This document shows positions 55,801 through 64,000 of a DNA stretch of 64,000 nt, piece by piece. The position numbers and the translations under genes are program-made. Numbering within the stretch: the first letter of the stretch is position 1; every line of letters starts with the position of its first letter. The stretch is from Octopus sinensis (taxonomy: Eukaryota). Where the stretch lies: the NCBI RefSeq assembly GCF_006345805.1, contig NC_043005.1, positions 92,380,001-92,444,000 of the forward strand. The letters run 5' to 3'. The notes under the pieces were generated by a model. The model worked only from the letters and a program-made list of their open reading frames with translations. It did not search any database and had not been told where the DNA came from.

Positions 55801-58800
55801 ACTGTTTTCAGTTTCCTTCTACTAAATTCGCTCACAAGATATTGGTCAGCCCAGCACAAGGCATTGACTCGTATAACACGACGAATGATTATTCCCATTC
55901 AATGTCAGCTGTAGAGCATTCCCTACCTATTCATAGAATGCACACAGCCATTGGAATGACAGGAAAAGCAAGGATGAACAACCAATCTTTTTTGTATACT
56001 GAGGAATACAAGTAACCAATGTGCCCATCCTGTTTTAAGACAGTAAGGTGTAACATGTGGAAATCTAACTGCCATTTCTAATGGGTTACCTAAGTATACA
56101 GAAACCCTTTTAATTTGCTGGTATAAAAACCTTGATGTATCTCATACAGCAATGTGTGATATGTATACTTGTGCTTCTTTGTTTGCACACACACACAGAC
56201 GTGCGAGTGCAAAATAAAGTTATTTTTCTTTTTTGAGAAACTTCCTCAGGAGTATATAAATACTTATTGAAATTTTTTTAAATTATGAGAAAGCAAATTT
56301 TCAAAATTCCTTCTCGTGCAATAAAGGATTTGTGAAACCACACCTTGTCATCTACATAGTTCCAACTGTTTCAAGAATATGCAAATTTTCATCAATTGCT
56401 AAATAAAGAACAACGCAAAAATAATAATTTCTAACATAGGTAAAATGCCTAAAATTTGTAATGTGCAGAGGTTAGTTAGTTAATTAACGTCAGTATTTGA
56501 CTGGTACTTTATTTTACTGACTTCAGAAGGTACAAGATCAGAAATGGGGGGAAAGGGAACTACTAATTATAATACATTGACTCAAGTATATGACAGGTAC
56601 TTTATTTTACTGAAACCGGAATGCTGAAAAACAAAGCTGACCTCAGGAGGTTTTGAACTCAGGACAAAAAGAGCTGGAAATAACTAGCATAAAGCGTTTT
56701 TTTTGTCCAACACTAAAGATTTTAACCATAAATATTCCTAACAGTTTTTCTTCTCTTTTATTTGAGAAATAAAAAGCGTTATATTTACTTGCTCTAGTCC
56801 TTCGACTGTAGCCTGAACACTAGTGTCATGAACACCAACATAGATAGGTTCCTTTTTGAGGGAAATCCGAGCCAAATCTTCTGTTTTGTTTGTCTGAGTG
56901 GCTGAAAACAACATTGTCTGTCTCTTTTCTGGTGAAGAGGAAAATACAGAAAAACAAGCAAATTTCCGTAAAAACAATAAAATTATTTGTATATATATAT
57001 ATTTATGTAGAACACAACATAAAACAGAATACCTGAAACATGTAATCATGTAGATGAAAGGATTACAGACGATAATGATGAGAGAACTATTCCTCTAAAT
57101 CATTGTGTATAGCAGAAGCTGATCAGGATATAACATTAACAGCCTTCCAGATTTAATCGGCCATATGGTTAGCTAAACAGTATGTATTTATATGGAACAT
57201 AGTATAAATTAGGATACTTTAACCCTTTAGTGTTCAGATTATTCTATTAAACATAATGCTTATTGATTCCCTATTGATTTGAATTAATCATGCATTATCT
57301 CATATCTTCAAGATCTTGATGGTGTAATTACTTAATGTAGAATAACATTGTAGGGTAGGTGTGAGAGCCTGGATCTGGTCAGTTTGAACATAAAACAGAT
57401 TAAATATTTTGGCCGGATATGGCCGGTTTAAATACTAAAGGGTTAAACATGTGTAATATAGATAATTATGTTATCTTTGCGAAAGTCTTAGCTGTGGAGA
57501 TTGCAGATGGTATGAAAACATTCTATTGTTCTCTTGGGTGAACAGAAATACAACTGAAAAATCTTCTGTTGAGGATAATTGTCCCTTCAACACAGAAGCT
57601 GCAGCTTTAGTCTTCAGCTCCTCAGGGAACCGAATCACTACACAAACAGATAATAAACAATAATTTATATCAACTTCATAAAACAAAGGTTTTATGAAGC
57701 TAGAGAGCAAGCAAAATGGAAATAATGGCTTCAATCTACTGAAGGGCAAGAAAATGAGAAATGTAATTACTTGGCAACACTTTAATGATTTTCTTCATTT
57801 CTTCAGCAAAACCAATGTCCAGTATACGGTCAGCTTCATCAATAATTAAACATTGGAGATTCTTATACATAAAATTAGATGTGCTCTGAATAAAAGAGGG
57901 ATAAAAAAATTAATCAAACAAAATTTGATACAGAGAAAAAAATTAAACATGGACATTTTTTTTTTTACTCAATATCATTCCACAAAGTGGATTTATAACT
58001 GACCCAGGAAGAAAGGATAAGTGCCCATGACTCGCAAATTGCAGAGCATCAATATTGTGAGCTATTCTCATGCAAATGCTTGCAACTGAGTAGACACCGA
58101 TAAAAGCACTGACAGTGGTGCTGGAAATTAAACCAGGCAGTGAATTAAGCTTAACCTCCAAAAATAGGTTATTGTCCAATGATCTTCCACAATTACTGCC
58201 TTCCCAGTTTAACTTACAAAGCTTGGGTTGGTCCAAGAATATGGTAGAAGTCACTTGCACATGGTTCTGTGTAACTTAATGAAACCTGGTGTCATGTAAA
58301 ATAAAATTTCTTAATGCTTTTGTTACCACATTTCTTTTGAAATACACAGCCTTAATTATAATTAATTTTTTTTAGTAATGAAGAATTTAGCAAAATACTT
58401 GATGTTTGAATTATAGATTAGCAAAAAAGATTTTCCCTCTCCAAAGAGAGGAAATTTGAATTATAGACAAGGGGTGGACTCAGATGGTTCGGTAACAAGA
58501 GTTAACCATACAGCTCAACCTACACCCAATTAAAATGAGAGATGGCAAACATCACCTTTCTCTTTCCAATTAATTTGAATTTCAAGAATCCATATATTAT
58601 TAATAGTAATTTCTTATTTAAAGTACTGGAAATGTTGAAAAGAATTAACACTGAACAAACTATATGTGGCTGCTTGATTTTACTAGAAATGACAGCAAAA
58701 TCCCGCTTAAATTACATTCTACCATCTAAAGAAAAGGAGGATATATTAGTTAATGTGGCCATGTGATGGGAAAGTCACACTAGAATGCCTTTGTTCATAA

Positions 58801-61800
58801 ATGAACTTGATCAGCTGATTTGGGGGCTCAAAAAGAACAATTGAATAAAAATGTTGAAAGACATAAAAGCTGTATATAAACAGTCAGTCATTAGCTATAA
58901 AAAATAGTAATTTTTTGACAACATTAAGGTTTTCCTTGACCATGTTGCTATCATACAGAAATTTTTATGGATCTACTCAAACTTTCCAATAGATTTTAAA
59001 TATCAACTCTGTGAGTATATGACTACTAATCTTTCATTCTTACATCGTCTTAGACTATATTACATATTCAGAAACCCTTTACATTATCTCCTAAAATTTA
59101 AATGCAGTGGAAACTTTCTATTATAAATCAAGGATTATGTTATCAAACAATTACTGCTATTCAAACTAATACGTCCCAAATATTTTTAGAACATTGTTAT
59201 ATCTTCTGTTTAATATTATCAACCAGTGACTGTCACCCAAAAGGTGACTGTGATCAAGCAACTGCTGCAGTCAACAATTTAAAACACATTCCTGTTCAGG
59301 TATTCACTCTCTTGGACATGTTGTTCTGGGCCAACAGATACAGCATAAAATAATTAGCACCCTTTAGTTTACAGGGCAAAAGGCAACCAACTAGTGTTGA
59401 TGCCTTGATAAATGCTCATGGTACACTCTGTAAAGTGGTTAGTGATAGATCAAAAACAGCTGAGGGATGAGATGACCCTTTATCTACGTCAAGGATATGG
59501 TAAATTTTCAGCTGCTGGTGCCAATGCACTCAATACACTCTTTTAAATGGCTGGTCATAGGAAGGTTGTCCGGCTGTGGAAACCTAGCCAAAATTAAATA
59601 CATGAGTGAGATGTGACTTCCTCAACTGTCAAGGAGACCAGTAAATTCAAATAAGAATTGACACAGGCCATCCAACCAATGCTAGAATGGGAAATGGATG
59701 TAATACAATGTAACAAATAGATTGTTTTGTTCAGATGAAAAAAAAAAACACAACGCAAACTAAAACAGCAAGTATAACAAAAGACACACTTATAAATAAA
59801 CCAAGACAAAAAATCAAAATCAAAGGTTACCTGAAGATGATCAAGTAAGCGACCTGGAGTAGCAACAACAAAATTGATTCCTTTCACCAATCTTTTAGCC
59901 TCATCATCTTTCTTGGTGCCACCCATTATTAATCCAAAGGTAAAATGATGATATTCTAACAACTCTTTTAACACTCCATAGATCTGCATGGCTAATTCTC
60001 GAGTGGGAGATATAATAATGGCACCGGTACCTGCAAAAGTTGTCCATAAATCAGAAAATCACAGACTGTGCATATTTGAAATACTAAGGTCAGTGCTTCT
60101 TTTACAATGACACATTGTCACAGGATTAGCCTTCACTATGAGAGCTGTGGTTTATGTATTATAAAGGATTTTCTACTAAGCACCATTACTAAGTATTGCA
60201 TAAATGATATTGAACATGCCACATATAATTAGTCTGTACCAGTGTACCAATAATTAGCTTGATTTGTACTCTGGACAAAATATAGAATTACATCATCTGG
60301 ATCAAAAGCTTTTTGGCTAATTTTTTTTAAAGTACACTTTATACAAATTGATTCTGTGCTGGTGACGTAAAAAGCACCACCAAAACGTAGCAGATGCCAG
60401 CACCGCCTGACTGGTGGCCGTGTCGGTGACACGTAAAAAGCACCCACTACACTCACGGAGTGGTTGGCGTTAGGAAGGGCATCCACCTGTAGAAACACTG
60501 CCAGATCAGACTGGAGCCTGGTTCAGCCTCCATGGCTTCCCAGACTCCGGCCAAACTGTCCAACCCATGCCAGCATGGAAAAACGGACGCTAAACGATGA
60601 TGATGATGATATGACTTTATACAACTTGATTACAAGATAAACAATTACAAAATTTATTGCATTTATTATGGATGCTTTGGAGATGGTAAATTTAAAAAGT
60701 TTAACTATAGGCACACACATGGCTGTGCTGAGTTTGCACCCAAACCTCATGGTTTCAAGATCAATTTCACTGCATGGTATCTTTGGCAAGTGTCTTCTAC
60801 TACAACCTTGGATCTATCAAAAGCTTGTGAGTGGGTTTGGTAGATGGAAACTGAAAGCAGCCCATTGCGTTGTATGTATGAAAGTGGCAGTGTTACTGTC
60901 TCCATGCCGATCACATCATCATCGATTAACACCCATTTTCCATGCTGGCATGGGTTGGACGTTTTGACTGTGGTTTGGAGAGCCAGTGGCTGCACCAGGC
61001 TCCAATCTGATCTGGCAAAGTTTCTACAGCTGGATGCCCTTCCTAATGCCAACCACTTCAAGGGTGTAGTGGATGCTTTTAACATGCCACCGGCACAGGA
61101 ACCATTCAAGGGGTACTGGCATTTGTCACGATTGGTTGGTGCTTTTTATGTGCCACCAGCACAGGAGCCAGTTGGGCGGACCTGGCATCGACCACATTTG
61201 GATAGTCAGGGGGTCTGACTCAACAGGTCTTCTGAAGCACATCATATTACCAGGGATATTCTTAACAGGACCAGACATGCATGGCTGTAATCTTATTTCA
61301 GTTTCCAGGACTTCTCAATCACAGCATATCTCCAAGAGTCCCGGTCACTTGTCATTGCCTCTGTGAGGCCCAATGTTCGATGGTCATGCATCACCACCGC
61401 ATCCCATGTCTTCTTGGGTCTACCTCTTCTACAGGTTCCTTCTACAGTTAGGGAGTGGCTCTTCCTCAAACAGTTGTCTTCGTTCATACATAACACATGG
61501 CCATAACAGCGCAGTCACCTCTCTTGCACACCACATTTGATGTTTCTTATGTTCAAGCATTTTTCTTAGCAGAATCATTAAACACAAGGGCACCATCATC
61601 CATGTGGACACATTTCTCTCCTATGACATCACAGTTTTCTCTCACACATTGTCTTGCAATCCGAAATACTTCAGTACTCTGGTCCTCATGTCGCTGAACA
61701 TTGGCAAACTTCTTTGTCCGGAACCGGACAAAGAAGGCAGCATTTTTGCCCTAAGCTTCAAAGGGAAATAGTAGTGAGTTACCATTGCAATAAGAAATAA

Positions 61801-63264
61801 GAGATACAGACAGGAAAGAAAGAAATTACTTTAGTGAATGTTACAGAATACACATGAGGTCAAAAAACAAAGGAAAGGATTGTTATTTTAGAGGGGGAGA
61901 TCACAAATTTGAAAGTTATTTGATGAGTTGAGGTTTACAGTTTAAGAAAGGTCATTTTAAGTGTTATTTTAGAGAAAAGTACAGACATGTAGCCAAGAAA
62001 CAAAGTTAGTCATTGTAGGATTAGAACAAACAAGAAAGAATTATTTTAGAGAATAGATGAGGTTGAATGAATGAGGCAATTGAAAAACAAGAGAGTTTCT
62101 TAGCTAAGCTGTGCATCTTTTCAAGAGTCATCACTACCAAACGCATGGAACAGACAAAACCAAACTAACAGAGTGCCATTGTCATGCAGGAGTGTCCTTC
62201 ATTTCCAATTTTCCATAACATATATCTGGCCATGGGGAAATATCACCTTACTTAGAAACAGGTGAGGGTTGGCAACAAAGAAGGGCATCAGGTCGTGGAA
62301 AGTCTGCCTGAACAAATTCCAGCCAACCAATGAGAAGCATGGACACAAGACAATGATGGCAATGGGAGCTAATGGGATTCAGAATTTTCAGTTAAAACCA
62401 TTTGCCCATTTTACATGTTTTCCCGTGACTGCATAGGTTAGATAATTACATGATTTGAGGAATTATTTTATAGTCAAAAGCCCTTCCTGACACTACCCCT
62501 TATCTGTTTTCCAAGTAAGGAATCACTTATCCCACATAGCTTCAAAAGATATCAAAGTGCCCAGATGGTTCAACAGAACCAACTGGCAACACACCACCAC
62601 CACCCACAGCATTTTCAGACAACCAGTTGCAAATGTATACAAACACATAAATAAAATGGTCTTCTTTCAGTTTTAGTCTACCAAATCCACAAGGATTTTG
62701 TCAACCCAGAGATATAGAAAACACTTTGCCCAAAGTGCCACACAATGAGACTGAACCAGATATGAATTTCTCGACCAACAACCAGACCTGCACATATCTA
62801 AATTGATAAGTTTGAACTTCTAAATGAAGTATCACTGACATTATAGATACCTATAATTTTCCAATAATTTTGATACTTATGCAACAAGTTTGATTTCAAG
62901 AAGTTTATCTAGGTGCATCATTAACCCTTTAGCATCCAAATTACAATCAATGTAATGCTTTTGAATTAACCATTCATTATTTTTTAGATTTGAGACTTTG
63001 ATGAGGTAATACTTAATTTTTAGAATAGGATTATAAGTTTAGTGTGAGAGACCAGGTAAGGCCAGTTTGGACATAAAACAGGTAGAATATTTTGGCTGGA
63101 CATGGTCAGCTTAAATGCTAAAAGGTTGAAGGAAAATGTTACTGATAAAGAATTACAACTTACCATTCCTTGGCATGAATTTCAGTTTGTACAAGAGTTC
63201 AACAACAGGAATCAGAAAAGCTAATGTTTTGCCACTTCCAGTTTTAGCAGCTCCCATCAAATCT
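46705..63264 (-). CDS. DDX18: ATP-dependent DEAD-box RNA helicase DDX18/HAS1/pitchoune, 5'-partial (9 exons visible)
   Basis: Exons 63164-63264, 59831-60030, 57771-57885, 56789-56928, 55318-55479, 53759-53911, 50627-50797, 49587-49764 and 46705-46817 are phase-consistent. Motifs [34 protein letters not shown] and HRVGRTAR are present. DDX18-type stretches include [35 protein letters not shown] and [17 protein letters not shown]. Confidence 0.96.
47545..48690 (-). mobile_element. Decayed mariner transposon in the last DDX18 intron
   Basis: End TA|TTGGGTCATCCCATAAATAATGCG; [28 protein letters not shown] and [15 protein letters not shown] motifs. Confidence 0.9.
49587..49764 (-). CDS. DDX18: DDX18 exon (C-terminal extension)
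   Basis: [26 protein letters not shown]...[11 protein letters not shown]. Confidence 0.93.
50627..50797 (-). CDS. DDX18: DDX18 exon (motif VI)
   Basis: [35 protein letters not shown]...SDIQPQ. Confidence 0.95.
51020..51352 (-). mobile_element. Non-autonomous Helitron (second family)
   Basis: A|TCTCTATATATATAAA 5' end, hairpin CCGGCAACGCTGG, CTAG|T 3' end. Confidence 0.8.
53759..53911 (-). CDS. DDX18: DDX18 exon (motif V)
   Basis: [15 protein letters not shown]...[26 protein letters not shown]. Confidence 0.95.
55318..55479 (-). CDS. DDX18: DDX18 exon (motif IV)
   Basis: [54 protein letters not shown]. Confidence 0.95.
56789..56928 (-). CDS. DDX18: DDX18 exon (SAT motif)
   Basis: [27 protein letters not shown]...TVEGLEQ. 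Confidence 0.95.
57223..57442. mobile_element. TTAA-type (piggyBac-like) MITE
   Basis: TTAA|CCCTTTAG ... CTAAAGGG|TTAA; second copy at 62925-63125 and an inverted decayed copy at about 51370-51575. Confidence 0.82.
57771..57885 (-). CDS. DDX18: DDX18 exon (DEAD motif)
   Basis: [38 protein letters not shown]. Confidence 0.95.
59831..60030 (-). CDS. DDX18: DDX18 exon (motifs Ia-Ic)
   Basis: [20 protein letters not shown]...[11 protein letters not shown]. Confidence 0.95.
60914..61716 (-). mobile_element. Internally deleted RTE LINE fragment
   Basis: [38 protein letters not shown], then 3' UTR and tail. Confidence 0.85.
63164..63264 (-). CDS. DDX18: DDX18 exon (motif I)
   Basis: [37 protein letters not shown] flanks. 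Confidence 0.95.
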
Positions 63265-64000
63265 CTAGTTAGATAGAAAAATTAAAGGAAATTAATCAGA
63301 AATATTTCAATCACACGTTTTTTTTTTAAAGCATTTAATTATCAATAAATGAAGTTAACCATCATTGTCATTATTTAATGTCCATTTTTCATGCTAGAAT
63401 GAGTTGAACAGAGTTTAACAGCGGCTGGTAAGACCAGGGGCTGCACCAGGTCCTATAGTCAGTTTTGACTTGGTTTCTACAGCTGGATGCCCTTCCTAAA
63501 TTAAACCAGTCCAGAGTGTACTGGGTGCTTTTTATGTGGTACCATCAATGTTTCTTACATGGCACCAGCACCCACACCAATGCTTTTTATGTTGCACCTT
63601 GGTTTTAGGATCTCAATTCTGTTGTGATGGGTGAATCTTCTCAAGTACATCAATGCAACAACGTTTTTGAGATCGACCTCCAATACTTTTGTCTTATTTT
63701 TTTCCTGGGTCTCCCTCTTCCACAACTTCCCTCCACTTTAAGTTATCAGCATCTCTCTATGCAACTGTCCTCATCCACCTGCATAACCTGACACCCTGAT
63801 TACCTTTAGCAGAGTCGACTGTTACAAGCATTTGAGCCAGAACTCTGGTTTGAGGGTGCCTTCCTCCATCCCATCCACCAATCTATGAGGCCCTGTACAG
63901 AGTACTGCATGTTCTCCAGGCCATAAGAAAAAACAAACCTCAAAAGACAGTCTACCCTCATTCAATTTTTATTCAGATATTTTCCACCACTATCTGATCC

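Noticed and set aside
58035-58090. Hairpin with internal loop suggesting an H/ACA snoRNA in a DDX18 intron
   Set aside because: No correctly placed H box or ACA box on the transcribed strand; no convincing C/D pair found by eye in the other DDX18 introns either.

Overview
AT-rich, intron-rich eukaryotic genomic DNA. Its SINE, RTE-LINE and microsatellite content points to a coleoid cephalopod, probably Octopus (inference). Three spliced genes can be rebuilt by hand with consistent intron phases. (1) A minus-strand LAMP-family lysosomal membrane glycoprotein of about 324 aa: signal peptide, 10-aa Thr/Ser mucin repeats, a single LAMP domain, a TM helix and a GYESV tail. Its 22-kb first intron holds a roughly 13-kb (AT/AC)n compound microsatellite. 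(2) A plus-strand 59-aa COP9 signalosome subunit 9 (COPS9/MYEOV2), missed by the ORF track. It lies head-to-head with LAMP across a 355-bp interval containing two TCACGTGA CLEAR-type E-boxes. (3) The last nine coding exons of minus-strand DDX18/HAS1 DEAD-box helicase; its 5' end is outside the window. The rest is mostly transposon debris: RTE-type LINEs with a PHD-like finger inside the RT, tRNA-derived SINEs, two Gypsy remnants, two mariner remnants, Helitrons, Merlin-like and TTAA-type MITEs, and a foldback element. I see no demonstrably new multi-gene system. The best leads are the shared CLEAR promoter, a covarying pseudoknot-like motif repeated in the LINE 3' UTR, the PHD finger within the LINE RT, long intronic inverted repeats, a perfect 38-bp hairpin and the giant microsatellite.
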